From a virus (taxonomy: Duplodnaviria; Caudoviricetes), in IMG/VR virus record IMGVR_UViG_3300044806_000097, positions 1 to 50,173 of that record: DNA of 50,173 nt. One strand, 5' to 3'. Positions within the stretch are counted from its first letter, which is position 1. Each line of letters opens with the position of its first letter. A program made the translations under genes and the position numbers. The notes beneath the pieces were generated by a model, which saw only the letters and a list, made by a program, of their open reading frames with translations, did not search any database and was not told the DNA's origin. This document shows positions 9,018 to 19,061 of the stretch, in pieces.

Positions 9018-9638
9018 GTGGTGAAGAGAATATCGGATGTTACTTCCGAACTGTTGGCGACCGGCGAAGCGACGATGAGCCAGATAGCGCAGCTTTTCGA
9101 GACAGACGCGAAGACCCTCCCGCAGCGGATGAAGGGGGTTATCCCGTGCGGGAAACGGAACGGGTACAAGGTCTATAAAATCCGTGAGGCCGCGTCCCGA
9201 CTGGTCAAACCCGGATACGAGATCGAAGAGTTCATTCGGCAGATGTCACCGCAGGAACTGCCGCCACTCCTGAATAAGGAGTTCTGGAACGGACAGCGTG
9301 CCCGGATCGCGTTTGAGCGGGAGATGGGGAACCTGTGGCCGACCGAAGAAGTGGTGGCGCTGTTCGCGGTGCTGGAGAGTGGTATCCGGCAAACGATGTT
9401 GCTGGTGGTCGATGACATTGAACGCGAGGAAGGCCTGACCGATGGACAACGCCGCGCGTTTCGGCGTATAACCGACGCTTCGATCACACAGTTCAAAGAA
9501 AAGCTGACTGAGGGCTTCCAGGAATACCATGCTAACCGAGAACATCATTCAGGACAGGCAGTTGAACGCGTGGTCCGTACCCGTGGTGACTACGGAGCAA
9601 TTCCTGAATCCGAGGAAGACGAAGAAGTCGATATCTAA
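9018..9638 (+). CDS. Terminase small subunit (Nu1/DUF1441-like)
   Basis: N-terminal HTH (MSQIAQLF), LPPLLNKEFW..QRARI...G.LW; directly upstream of TerL. Confidence 0.85.
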   Translation: MVKRISDVTSELLATGEATMSQIAQLFETDAKTLPQRMKGVIPCGKRNGYKVYKIREAASRLVKPGYEIEEFIRQMSPQELPPLLNKEFWNGQRARIAFEREMGNLWPTEEVVALFAVLESGIRQTMLLVVDDIEREEGLTDGQRRAFRRITDASITQFKEKLTEGFQEYHANREHHSGQAVERVVRTRGDYGAIPESEEDEEVDI

Positions 9639-11754
9639 GTACGCCGACCTATGTGAACTGGCGGTAGCAATAACCAGCAAAGTATTTGTGCCACCGCGCC
9701 GCATGACGGTTAGTGAGTGGGCCGAAGAGTTCCGCGAGGTAAACCAACCCGGCGCGTACATCGGACCCTACCGGAACGACACTACGCCGTACATGGAGGA
9801 GCCTGCCGACGAACTCACCAACCCCGACCTCAGGGGCGAAGTCTTCGTAGGCAGTGCTCAGACGGGCAAGACGGATGGGCTGATCGTCAACTGGACGGGA
9901 TACGGCGCGCACCTCGACGGGCAGGATATGATGATCGTGTGCCAGTCGTTCACGGCGGCTCGCGACTTCTCCATGCGCCGCATAGACCGTCTGATCCGCT
10001 ACACGCCGGAAGTGAAGGACGCGCTCGCAAAAGGCAGTTCGGCGGATAACAAGTTCGACAAGACTTTCGATAATGGGATGCTCCTGACGATCTCGCACCC
10101 GTCGAAGAACGAACTGTCAGGTAAGCCCATCGGGCGCGTAGGGATCACAGACTACGACCGAATCGAGGATGACATCGACGGCGAAGGAAACGCCTTCGAC
10201 TTGGCGTCAAAGCGTACCACAACTTACGGCTCGAACGCCATGACCCTGGCCGAGAGTAGTCCTTCGCGCGAGATCATCGACCATAAGAAAGTGGTGACTG
10301 GCCACATGGCTCCGCCAACGACCGGTATCCTCTCACTGTACAATCGCGGAGATCGCAGGCGCTGGCACTGGCCGTGCCCGGAGTGCGGGAAGCACTTCGA
10401 AGGTCGGTGGGAGCACGTCAAGTGGGACAACGACCTCCAGTCCAATACCGATAAGTCGGCGACGGCCTACATGGAGTGCCCGCATTGCTCGTACCACATC
10501 CAGCCGCTTCAACGCAAAAAGATGAACCGGTGGGGGCAGTGGGTCAAAGAAGGACAGTGGATCGACGACGACGGCTATATCCAAGGCACGGGGAACGGCT
10601 CGAACATAGCGTCGTTCTGGCTGATGGGCGTGGCCGCGTCCTTCGTCACATGGCCGCAACTGGTCAAAGGTTATTTGGACGCAGAGGACGACTACCTATC
10701 TACCGGCGATGAGACCGCGCTGACGAAGTTCTATAATACCGACTTGGGCCTCCCGTATGTCCCCAAGCACATTGTCAACTCCGAGAATCGCACACCTGAA
10801 TCCGTTCAGGCCCGTTGCGAATCGTGGAGCTACAAGAAAGTTCCGGCGCGGGTGCGCTTCTTGCTCGGGCTGGTGGACGTGCAGAAGAACGCCTTCGTGG
10901 TGCAGATTGTGGGCGTGGCACCGGGCGAGCCGTTTGACCTCTACTTGGTTGACCGTTTCACAATCCAGTATTCGGACCGCATGGACCCGTCCGCGCCGGA
11001 GGGTAAAGAGAGCTACCTGTGGGTCAAGCCTGCGTCGTACCTGGACGATTGGGATAAGATCAAGGAACAGGTGATCGACGCGGCCTACGAGCTTGACGAC
11101 GACTCGGGCCGGAAGATGACGATCAAGTTGACCCTGTGTGACTCGGGCGGTGCGGCGGGCAAGGAAGGAAGCGACGGCAAGAAGGTTGGCGTCACCACCA
11201 ATGCTTACAACTTCTACCGTAAGATGCGGGACGCGGGACTAGGATCGCGCTTCCACTTGCTGAAGGGCGACGCTACGCCAGGAGCGCCACGCGCCAGAAT
11301 CACTTTCCCCGATAGTGAGATCGCCAAGGATAAGTCACGTCGGCGTGGTGAAATACCCGTTCTCCAGTTGAACCCAAATATCAACAAGGACAACTTGGAC
11401 GCGCGGCTTGATGTAATGGAAAGCGGAAAGGGTATGGTCCATCTCCCGGACTGGCTTATACTTCAGGGGATGTTGTGGTTCTTTGCAGAACTAACTTCTG
11501 AAATACGCGTTCCCGGTGAGGGCTGGAAGAAAGTAGCCAAGCGCAATGAAGCTTGGGACTTGTTCTACTACGCCATCGGGGCTTGTGTTTCCTCCCTTAT
11601 TGGGATAGATCGCCTGAATTGGGACCGCCCGCCTCCGTTTGCCGCCGATTGGGACGACAACCCATTGGTCATAGCGTCGGATGCCGAAGTCGCATTTGAA
11701 CACCGCCAGACCAAGCAGTTCAACTTTGCCGAGTTCGGCCGGAAGATGGGGTAA
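9529..11754 (+). CDS. Terminase large subunit, lambda gpA family (true start probably downstream of 9529)
   Basis: TVSEWAE, TPYM.E, SAQTGKT Walker A, WPCPECG, VDVQ, RNEAWDL nuclease motifs. Confidence 0.95.
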   Translation: MLTENIIQDRQLNAWSVPVVTTEQFLNPRKTKKSISKYADLCELAVAITSKVFVPPRRMTVSEWAEEFREVNQPGAYIGPYRNDTTPYMEEPADELTNPDLRGEVFVGSAQTGKTDGLIVNWTGYGAHLDGQDMMIVCQSFTAARDFSMRRIDRLIRYTPEVKDALAKGSSADNKFDKTFDNGMLLTISHPSKNELSGKPIGRVGITDYDRIEDDIDGEGNAFDLASKRTTTYGSNAMTLAESSPSREIIDHKKVVTGHMAPPTTGILSLYNRGDRRRWHWPCPECGKHFEGRWEHVKWDNDLQSNTDKSATAYMECPHCSYHIQPLQRKKMNRWGQWVKEGQWIDDDGYIQGTGNGSNIASFWLMGVAASFVTWPQLVKGYLDAEDDYLSTGDETALTKFYNTDLGLPYVPKHIVNSENRTPESVQARCESWSYKKVPARVRFLLGLVDVQKNAFVVQIVGVAPGEPFDLYLVDRFTIQYSDRMDPSAPEGKESYLWVKPASYLDDWDKIKEQVIDAAYELDDDSGRKMTIKLTLCDSGGAAGKEGSDGKKVGVTTNAYNFYRKMRDAGLGSRFHLLKGDATPGAPRARITFPDSEIAKDKSRRRGEIPVLQLNPNINKDNLDARLDVMESGKGMVHLPDWLILQGMLWFFAELTSEIRVPGEGWKKVAKRNEAWDLFYYAIGACVSSLIGIDRLNWDRPPPFAADWDDNPLVIASDAEVAFEHRQTKQFNFAEFGRKMG

Positions 11755-11758
11755 CAGG

Positions 11759-12019
11759 ATGTCGAGCACAACGCTTACCCCTTCTGAGCGAGCCGCCATC
11801 AGGGTACGGATCACAAAGCTTGAAGAGGCTTATGACGCCATCGTCTCAGGCAAAGCCCTCAAGCGGTTCATTGACCAAAATGGTGAGAGTGTCGAGTACA
11901 ACACCGGCAATCTCGCTCAGTTGCTCAAACTCATCAACGAGTTAAAGTCGATGATCGACTGTTCGTTCAATCGGCGCTACAAACCGCGTCCTGTCGGTTT
12001 TGTGTTTCCGAGGCAATGA
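11759..12019 (+). CDS. Head completion protein, gpW-like
   Basis: Small gene between TerL and portal; DQNGESVEY motif. Confidence 0.8.
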   Translation: MSSTTLTPSERAAIRVRITKLEEAYDAIVSGKALKRFIDQNGESVEYNTGNLAQLLKLINELKSMIDCSFNRRYKPRPVGFVFPRQ

Positions 12020-13719
12020 TGAAGCAAGCGAAGAAGGTTCCAGCCCAAGCCGTCATCCTGCACCCGCAAGGGGGCCGGGAGATGGCGTTCGGCGGCGGCC
12101 TCGAAGGAGCCGAACGGACCAAGCGCGAGACCGCGCTGTGGTCGCCGTCTATGGCTAGTCCGGATCGGGCCATCAATCCCGGCAAGAAGCTCGCTGACGC
12201 CCGTGGCAAAGACATGGTGCTCAACGACGGCTACACGCAAGGTGCCGTCCGCATTCAGAAGGACAGCATTGTTGGCGCGAGCTACCGCCTGAATGCCAAG
12301 CCGGATCACCGCGTCATCCTGGGTAGCGATACCGATTATGGCAAGGGTTGGGCTGAAGACTTCGCCTCCGTGGCGGAAGCCCGGTTCAATCTGGCGTCAG
12401 AGAGCGAAGACGCGTGGTTCGACGCCTCAGGTCAGCTTACCTTTACCGGGATGCTCCGCCTGTGGGTTGGCGCGTTCTGCTACACAGGCGAGATGATCGG
12501 TACGGCCGAGTGGGAAGACAGCGACCCGACTCGTCCGTTCAAGACCTGCTTTCAGATGATCTCACCGGACCGGCTGTGCAATCGCGACGGGCTCCCTGAC
12601 GGCTACGATCCTCGCAGCGGCGCGAAGCTCTCGCGCGGCGTCGAGATGGACCGCAAGAATCGTCCTATTCGGTTCCACATCCGACGTGGGTACGAGACCG
12701 ATTGGGATAACCGCGATCTCGATAAGTGGGACATCGTCGAAGCGCGCAAGCCGTGGGGTCGCCGCCAAGTCCTGTTCGTCCGTGATCCTAACATGATCGA
12801 CCAGACGCGGGGCATCTCCGAGATGGTTGCGGCGCTGGCGCACTCGAACATGACCAAGACCTATTCGGAACTGGTGCTCCAGAAGGCCGTCGTGGACGCG
12901 AGCTTCGCGGCTTCGGTTGAGTCAGAGATGCCGAATGCCGACGTGATTGCGGCAATGGGCGGCGGGCAAGACGGGTTCATGAACGCCGTTGGCCAGTATA
13001 TGTCTATGCTTCAGGAGTTCCTGGGGGCGAGTGAGAACATCGCCATTGACGGCGTGAAGATGCCGCACCTGTTCCCCGGTACGAAGATGAACATCCTGCC
13101 GATGAGCACGCCCGGTGGTATCGGAAGTGAGTTCGAAGACTCCTTGATCCGCAAGCTTGCTGCCACTTTCGGTGTCGGGTTCTCTGAGATGAGCCGCAAC
13201 TTCTCCAAGTTCAATTACTCGGGGATCAAAGCCGAGATGGCGTTGATCGAGCGGACGATGAACTCCAAGAAGAAGTTCGGTGCGGATCGCATGGCGACGC
13301 AGGCGTACCAACTTTGGTGCGAAGAAGAGATCGGACAGGGTAACCTCCCGCTTCCGCGCGGACGCAACCGCACCGACTTCTACCGTCCGCTCATGAAGGA
13401 CGCGTACACGCGTTGCGGTTGGATCGCGTCCGGCAGGGGTCAGGTTGACGAACTGAAGGAAACGCAAGCCGCGATGCTCCGTATCAAGTCGGGCCTCTCG
13501 ACTTACGAGAAGGAAGCGTCGAAGCTTGGCGAAGACTGGCGCGAACTCGCGGCGCAGCGGTCCAAGGAAGAGAAGGTCTTCGCTGACCTCAACCTTCCGT
13601 TCTCGCTCGACGCACAGCGCGCCGGGAACAACGAAGCTCGTAACACGATGCAGGGCGGCAAGGCTGGAGCCGGATCGGCCAACGCAGAGATGTTCGAGGA
13701 TGAGGACGAAGAACTATGA
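12016..13719 (+). CDS. Portal protein, lambda family
   Basis: Position; QTRGIS, SKFNYSG, VDELKE..A..RI..GLST motifs. Confidence 0.93.
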   Translation: MMKQAKKVPAQAVILHPQGGREMAFGGGLEGAERTKRETALWSPSMASPDRAINPGKKLADARGKDMVLNDGYTQGAVRIQKDSIVGASYRLNAKPDHRVILGSDTDYGKGWAEDFASVAEARFNLASESEDAWFDASGQLTFTGMLRLWVGAFCYTGEMIGTAEWEDSDPTRPFKTCFQMISPDRLCNRDGLPDGYDPRSGAKLSRGVEMDRKNRPIRFHIRRGYETDWDNRDLDKWDIVEARKPWGRRQVLFVRDPNMIDQTRGISEMVAALAHSNMTKTYSELVLQKAVVDASFAASVESEMPNADVIAAMGGGQDGFMNAVGQYMSMLQEFLGASENIAIDGVKMPHLFPGTKMNILPMSTPGGIGSEFEDSLIRKLAATFGVGFSEMSRNFSKFNYSGIKAEMALIERTMNSKKKFGADRMATQAYQLWCEEEIGQGNLPLPRGRNRTDFYRPLMKDAYTRCGWIASGRGQVDELKETQAAMLRIKSGLSTYEKEASKLGEDWRELAAQRSKEEKVFADLNLPFSLDAQRAGNNEARNTMQGGKAGAGSANAEMFEDEDEEL

Positions 13720-15254
13720 CCAAGCCTCGCCGCCAGTCCGAAGTCAGTATGAGCGCACTGTCCCGCATGAACATGCGGGATATGCTCGTGGTGCAGGACA
13801 CAGCAAGTCAGGTGATGGCGGACCTGACCCGGTTCCACGAGACCGACGCGCCGACTGAAGGTGCAGCCTTGGAAGTTGCTTCGCGGGAGTCCATCGAGTC
13901 GGCCTACGGCTTTGCGCCCGCCGACGAGGACGAGCGCAAGCCGTTCGTCTATCAAGACGGCGTGGCCGTCATTCCGATCCACGGGACGCTACTCAACCGG
14001 TGCAACTGGTCGTGGGGCTTTGTCACCGGCTACCAGTACATCCGGCGCATGTTGAACCTGGCTTTGGATGACGATGACGTTGAAGTCATCGTGTTCGACG
14101 TAGATTCACCAGGCGGCGAGGCGGCAGGCTGCTTCGAACTCGCACGCGAGATCATGGCGTCGCGTCGCGTAAAGCCGAGCTTGGCTATGGTCGATGCCTT
14201 GGCGGCTTCAGGTGGTATGGCCTTGGCCGCTCCGGCGACATCGGTTTACGCGATCCCTTCGGCGCGAGTCGGGTCGATTGGCGTGTACCGGATGCACATT
14301 TCCTACGAAGAGAACTTGAAGCAGGCGGGCATCAAGGTAACTTTTGCCGCAGCCGGAGACCATAAAGTTGACGGCAATCCCTATCAGGATTTGCCGCAAG
14401 CGGTTCTCGACGAATGGCGCGAAAGCGCCGGAAAGACTTGGGATGATTTCATATCCCTCGTTGCCGAAGCTCGCGATTTGTCGGAAGACGATGTGCGCGC
14501 TACACAAGCTCGTGTTTATCGCGCGGACGAAGCCCTTGCCAAAGGGTTAATCAATGCGGTAAAGACGCCAACTGAAGCCGTGGCGGCGTTCCTTGCCGAA
14601 CTGGCTGATGCAGACCCTCCACTTGACGACGAAGAGGAAATTACTATGGCAGACCCGAAGGGCAAGGAAGTTACTTCCGGCCTCACAGACGACGATCTCC
14701 AGAAGATCGCCGCGATGATCGGCACCGCCGTCTCCGGCGTTGCTTCGGCAGTAGCCCGCAAGGACGCGATCAAGGATCACGCCGCCACCAAGGGTGCCGG
14801 TGCTTCTGCACTCGCCGCCACGCTCATCGCCAACGACGCCGTCTCGGCTGAAGACGCCATCGCCATGCTCGACGCCGCCTTCGGCCCTACCAAGGGCAAG
14901 CAGAAGGCCGCAGCGCCGAAGGGCAAGCAGAAGGTCTCGACTGCCGACGATGAAGACGGCGAAGACGGCGAAGACGGCGAAGGCGAAGACGGCGAAGACG
15001 GCGAAGACGGCGAAGACGGCGAAGGCGAAGACGGCGAAGAAGCCGCCCGTTCGAGCCGCAAGCAGGGCAAGGACAACGTCAATCACTTCGACCGCGCCAT
15101 GCGCAAGTCGAAGCAGCCGAACGCTGGTGGCGGCAAGGCCGGTAGCGAGCAGGACGAGCAGGGCGGGCGGCCTAAGGTCAATGCCCTCTTGGCGGATCAC
15201 GCCAAGGTCACCGGAGCCTCTTGGTCAAACGACTCGCTGAAGTCAAAGAACTGA
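13716..15254 (+). CDS. S49 head maturation protease with C-terminal scaffold (lambda gpC/Nu3-like)
   Basis: DSPGGE, AASGG, VGSIGV motifs; in-frame internal ATG at 14646 preceded by GAGG. Confidence 0.9.
   Translation: MTKPRRQSEVSMSALSRMNMRDMLVVQDTASQVMADLTRFHETDAPTEGAALEVASRESIESAYGFAPADEDERKPFVYQDGVAVIPIHGTLLNRCNWSWGFVTGYQYIRRMLNLALDDDDVEVIVFDVDSPGGEAAGCFELAREIMASRRVKPSLAMVDALAASGGMALAAPATSVYAIPSARVGSIGVYRMHISYEENLKQAGIKVTFAAAGDHKVDGNPYQDLPQAVLDEWRESAGKTWDDFISLVAEARDLSEDDVRATQARVYRADEALAKGLINAVKTPTEAVAAFLAELADADPPLDDEEEITMADPKGKEVTSGLTDDDLQKIAAMIGTAVSGVASAVARKDAIKDHAATKGAGASALAATLIANDAVSAEDAIAMLDAAFGPTKGKQKAAAPKGKQKVSTADDEDGEDGEDGEGEDGEDGEDGEDGEGEDGEEAARSSRKQGKDNVNHFDRAMRKSKQPNAGGGKAGSEQDEQGGRPKVNALLADHAKVTGASWSNDSLKSKN
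14952..15038 (+). repeat. Tandem GAAGACGGC (Glu-Asp-Gly) repeat in the scaffold region
   Basis: About eight 9-nt units interrupted by GAAGGC, giving EDGEDGEDGEGEDG... Confidence 0.95.
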
Positions 15255-15313
15255 TCGGTCCTCCGGTCATTTGAACCCAACGGGCCACGCGCCCTAGAAT
15301 GGAGTAAAGTATC

Positions 15314-16087
15314 ATGGATGGACTGGCTGGCGGCCTCACCACAGCAGGCACCTTCACCCCGATCCAGCTTTGGGCTGGTGAATCCAACGGTCAAAGCACG
15401 CAGGGCACCGTGGCCGCCGACCAGGTTCTCGGACAGGTCAATTCGCGAGGGGACACGTTCAAGTTCCCGGTCGTGTCACTGGTCGCCGGTCTCCTCGTCG
15501 CTTGGAACCCTCTCGCCGACTATGCCGATGCGTTGACCTACGCCAGCGGCACGATGACGATTGCCAACGCGGTCCCCGTGGCTGGTGACAAGTTCACGCT
15601 GAACGGCGAGGACATCATCTTCCGGGCAGCGGCAGACCCCGACTTGTTCGAGGTCACCATCGGAGGCACGATCACGGCCACGATGGCGTCGCTTGCGGAC
15701 TTCATCAACGATCACCGCAGCGAGTTTGGCATTGACGGCGGGATCACCGCTACGGCGGCTGTTGGGGTGGTTACCGTGCGTTCGCCTGGTGTTGCAGGCA
15801 ATGCCGTCACCTTGGCTAAGACCTTCGCCACGGGTGCCAACGGATCGGTCTCGGGAGCGGTGCTCTCGGGCGGCACGGATGATGTCGCGGGCGTAGTTAA
15901 GCCCTACGGCGTCCTCCCCCACGCCATCGACACTTCGGCGACCGGATACGACGCGGACACCGATTCGCCAGTGTTCATCTCCGGGCATGTCAACTTCGAC
16001 GCGCTCGACCTTCCGGACGGGACGACGTATGCGGAGATCAAGGCCGCATTCGCCGGAAGCATGATCAACGTCCAGAAGCTTCTCTGA
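15314..16087 (+). CDS. Head decoration protein (gpD-like) with an inserted domain of about 114 aa
   Basis: Between protease and capsid genes; QLWAGE, LVAWNP and PYGVL..., FISGHVNFDAL halves flank an insertion. Confidence 0.8.
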   Translation: MDGLAGGLTTAGTFTPIQLWAGESNGQSTQGTVAADQVLGQVNSRGDTFKFPVVSLVAGLLVAWNPLADYADALTYASGTMTIANAVPVAGDKFTLNGEDIIFRAAADPDLFEVTIGGTITATMASLADFINDHRSEFGIDGGITATAAVGVVTVRSPGVAGNAVTLAKTFATGANGSVSGAVLSGGTDDVAGVVKPYGVLPHAIDTSATGYDADTDSPVFISGHVNFDALDLPDGTTYAEIKAAFAGSMINVQKLL

Positions 16088-16123
16088 AGCACCGCCTGGT
16101 CAAGCAAAGAAAGGAATAATTCA

Positions 16124-17188
16124 ATGGCATTTGACCTCTATGGTACGGCGGAGATGCTGGACGTTCTTCGGGTCACCCCGGTAGAGTCCGCCTACTGGCT
16201 GGACGGCTGGTTCACCAGTGCTCGCCAGTTCGACACCGCCGAGATCATGTTCGACAAGCTGCGGACGGTTCGCAAGCTCGCGCCGTTCGTCAGCCCGGTT
16301 GTGCAGGGCCGCGTCATGAAGTCACGCGGCTTCGAGACCTTCTCGTTCGCTCCGGCGTACGTGAAGCCCAAGCACGTTGTCGATCCCAACCGGCAGTTCA
16401 CTCGCCGTGCTGGTGAAATTCCCGGCATCGGCTCCAGTTCGCCGGGTGCGCGCTGGAATGCGGCCATCGCTGAGAACCTGGCCGAAGAGCGCGAGAGCAT
16501 TCATCGCCGGGAAAACTGGATGGCCGCTATGGCCGTCATCTACGGCAAGGTCACGGTCACAGGCGAAGACTACCCGACGCAGGTTATCGACTTCCGCCGC
16601 AACGCCGGTCTTACCCGCGTGCTCACCACCACCGCTCGTTGGGGCGAATCGGCCGCCGATCCTCTTGCCGACATCAAGGAACTGCGTACCTTGTCGTTCG
16701 AGGAAAGCGGATCGCCGATCACCCGTCTGACGATGGGCCTTGGCGCTTTCGACCTCTTCTATGAAGACGCGAAGGTTCAGGACCTCCTGAAGGGTCAGGA
16801 GATTGGCAACGTAGCGCGCACCAGCGACTCTACTCTGTCCGCGCTCGGCTCACCCGGTCAGCCTTTCGAGTTCCGTGGTATCCTTCAAGGTGCCAACGGG
16901 CAGGGCCGTCTGGAGGTGTTCACCTACAACGAGCAGTACGAGGACGAGGACGACGTGACTCAGTCGATCATGGGCACCTACTCGGTGGTCGGGACCGGCA
17001 ACAACCTCCGGGGCGTTCGCTGCTATGGTGCGATCCGCGACAAGCGTGCAGGCCTCCAGGCTCTCCCGCTCTTCCCGAAGATGTGGGACCAGGAAGACCC
17101 GTCGCTCACCTACACCATGACGCAGTCCGCGCCGCTGATGGTTCCTACTAATATCGACAACTCGTTCCACATCGTCGCGTACAGCTAA
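16124..17188 (+). CDS. Major capsid protein, lambda gpE family
   Basis: LAPFVSP, F.PAYVKPK, RRENWMA, MTQSAPL motifs; strong RBS. Confidence 0.95.
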   Translation: MAFDLYGTAEMLDVLRVTPVESAYWLDGWFTSARQFDTAEIMFDKLRTVRKLAPFVSPVVQGRVMKSRGFETFSFAPAYVKPKHVVDPNRQFTRRAGEIPGIGSSSPGARWNAAIAENLAEERESIHRRENWMAAMAVIYGKVTVTGEDYPTQVIDFRRNAGLTRVLTTTARWGESAADPLADIKELRTLSFEESGSPITRLTMGLGAFDLFYEDAKVQDLLKGQEIGNVARTSDSTLSALGSPGQPFEFRGILQGANGQGRLEVFTYNEQYEDEDDVTQSIMGTYSVVGTGNNLRGVRCYGAIRDKRAGLQALPLFPKMWDQEDPSLTYTMTQSAPLMVPTNIDNSFHIVAYS

Positions 17189-17196
17189 GGCCAGTA

Positions 17197-17219
17197 GGGG
17201 AGGGCCAGCGTCCCTCCCC
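17197..17219 (+). other. Stem-loop after the capsid gene (no U tract)
   Basis: GGGGAGGG-ccagcgt-CCCTCCCC. Confidence 0.55.
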
Positions 17220-17255
17220 GACCGCTACGCGAAGTTACTTCCAGGAGACAATGAA

Positions 17256-17591
17256 ATGACCAAGGCAAAGACCACATTCATGGTCGTAGCGGGCGTATCC
17301 GTTGGCGTCGTTCGTGATGGCAAGCGCAAGACCCTCCTTCCGGGGCAGGGCGAGGACTTCACGGGTGAAGAGATCGTCGCCATCAACAAGGCTATGCCTG
17401 GTGCGCTCCGCAAGGCAATCAACGAAGGCGGACGGCCCTCAACACCCGTTGTCGCGGATGTCGTAGACGACGCTGATGAAGGCGAAGTCAAGTCCAAGCC
17501 GGAAACGGCGAAGGAAAAGAAGGCGCGGCTCGCCGCCGAAGCTGCCGCCGCTGCGGACGCCAAGGGTGAAGACGAAGACGAGGACATCTAA
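17256..17591 (+). CDS. Hypothetical head-associated protein (gpFI position)
   Basis: AGGAG RBS; position after the capsid gene; acidic tail. Confidence 0.7.
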   Translation: MTKAKTTFMVVAGVSVGVVRDGKRKTLLPGQGEDFTGEEIVAINKAMPGALRKAINEGGRPSTPVVADVVDDADEGEVKSKPETAKEKKARLAAEAAAAADAKGEDEDEDI

Positions 17592-17594
17592 ACG

Positions 17595-17957
17595 ATGGGC
17601 CTTTCGGCCATCAAGAGGGAAACGAGGCTCGCCATCCACAATGAGATGGGCGAGCCTTGTACCTATACGGACGAGAGCGGAACGGTCCCGACAGTCGAGC
17701 ACGTTGCCGCAGGCCTCAAACTGACCGCACGGTTCCACACGAAGGCAAAGGTCAATCTCGGCAACAGTGACGGGCTCACCGTCATGGAACCTATCGAGAA
17801 GCTGATCTTCAACCTTACCCAAGTGGAAGCCCTTGGTATCACGCTGGAGAACGGAGCGCACGTCGAGTTCCCCGGCTATGGACTAACCGTGATCCTTGAC
17901 CAAGAGCTTGACCCGGACGGCCCGGAGAACAGCTACTGGACGGTCACCCGTGTTTAG
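17595..17957 (+). CDS. Head-tail joining protein (gpFII-like)
   Basis: Synteny and size. Confidence 0.6.
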   Translation: MGLSAIKRETRLAIHNEMGEPCTYTDESGTVPTVEHVAAGLKLTARFHTKAKVNLGNSDGLTVMEPIEKLIFNLTQVEALGITLENGAHVEFPGYGLTVILDQELDPDGPENSYWTVTRV

Positions 17958-18552
17958 CTTCGACATCGCACAGGTTCTTGACCTGGAGCAGTTCTTGGTC
18001 AGTGTGCCGGACAAGACGCGGCAGGCCGCTGCCTATGCCATGAACGACGTACTCTCCGGGCAAGGGCTCGCCCGCTTCCGCAAAGCGGTAGCGGCGGAGG
18101 TGCAGTTCCCTGCCGGGTACGTTGACGATAAGGTAACCTTCGGACAGCGGGCGACCCCCACAAGGCTGGTGGCGTCTATCGAAGGTCGTCAGCGCCCTAC
18201 GAGCCTCGCCCGCTTCGCTACGAGCGGTTCTGTCGGTCAGAAAGGTGGGGTCACCGTACGGGTAAAGGGCAGTTCGACTTTCATGAAGAGCGCCTTCCTC
18301 GTTCGCCTCAGGCAAGGCAACGCAATAACCGACGACGGGTATAACGTCGGCCTCGCCATACGGCTGAAGGATGGCATGACGCTGAACAAGAAGGACACCG
18401 CGCGCATGGTCCACCTTGAGCACAACGTCGTCCTCCTGTATGGCCCGAGCGTTGATCAGATTCTCCGGAATGAGGCGGCTGACGCCGAAGCGCCACAAGT
18501 GATCGACGCTATCGCCACTGAGTTCTTCCGCCAATTTGCAAGGCTCGCCTGA
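17950..18552 (+). CDS. Tail completion/neck protein (gpZ-like)
   Basis: RPTSLARF, VRVK, AFLVRL, LYGPSVDQ motifs; GTG start 17950. Confidence 0.75.
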   Translation: MFSFDIAQVLDLEQFLVSVPDKTRQAAAYAMNDVLSGQGLARFRKAVAAEVQFPAGYVDDKVTFGQRATPTRLVASIEGRQRPTSLARFATSGSVGQKGGVTVRVKGSSTFMKSAFLVRLRQGNAITDDGYNVGLAIRLKDGMTLNKKDTARMVHLEHNVVLLYGPSVDQILRNEAADAEAPQVIDAIATEFFRQFARLA

Positions 18553-19049
18553 TGCCCGACTCGAAGCAACTCCGCATCATCAAGAAACTCTCCACGCACT
18601 TGGAAGCAACTTCCGGGTATGAGGGCATCAGGTGCTTTCGCGGGGTATCTGTCGTTTCTGCCAAGGATGTGCAGGACTGCATGTCGATCTTGGAAGCGCC
18701 GCGCCCGATAGTGGGGCAACCGGCAGGGCACGGCGGGCACAAGCGGCTTGAGACATGGACCCTATTGGTTCAGGGATGGCCGAAAGACGACAAAGACAAC
18801 CCTAGCGACACCGCCTACGCCCTAAAGGCAGCGGTGGAACAGTGGCTCTACCGGATCATCGCCGTCAACGAAAAAGACGGCCTGCCGCTGTACCCGAGTC
18901 TGTACCTGCTTGGCGGCGACATCGCCTCTTTAACCATAGGACAAGGTGTGGTAAGGCCTCCTTCGGAGGAAGCTGCGTCACGCCTGGCTATGTTCTATCT
19001 CCCGTTAATTCTGGAGATCACCACAGATGTCAGCAACCCCTACTCTTGA
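18552..19049 (+). CDS. Tail terminator (gpU-like)
   Basis: Synteny just before the tail tube gene. Confidence 0.65.
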   Translation: MPDSKQLRIIKKLSTHLEATSGYEGIRCFRGVSVVSAKDVQDCMSILEAPRPIVGQPAGHGGHKRLETWTLLVQGWPKDDKDNPSDTAYALKAAVEQWLYRIIAVNEKDGLPLYPSLYLLGGDIASLTIGQGVVRPPSEEAASRLAMFYLPLILEITTDVSNPYS

Positions 19050-19061
19050 AGGGATACTTAG

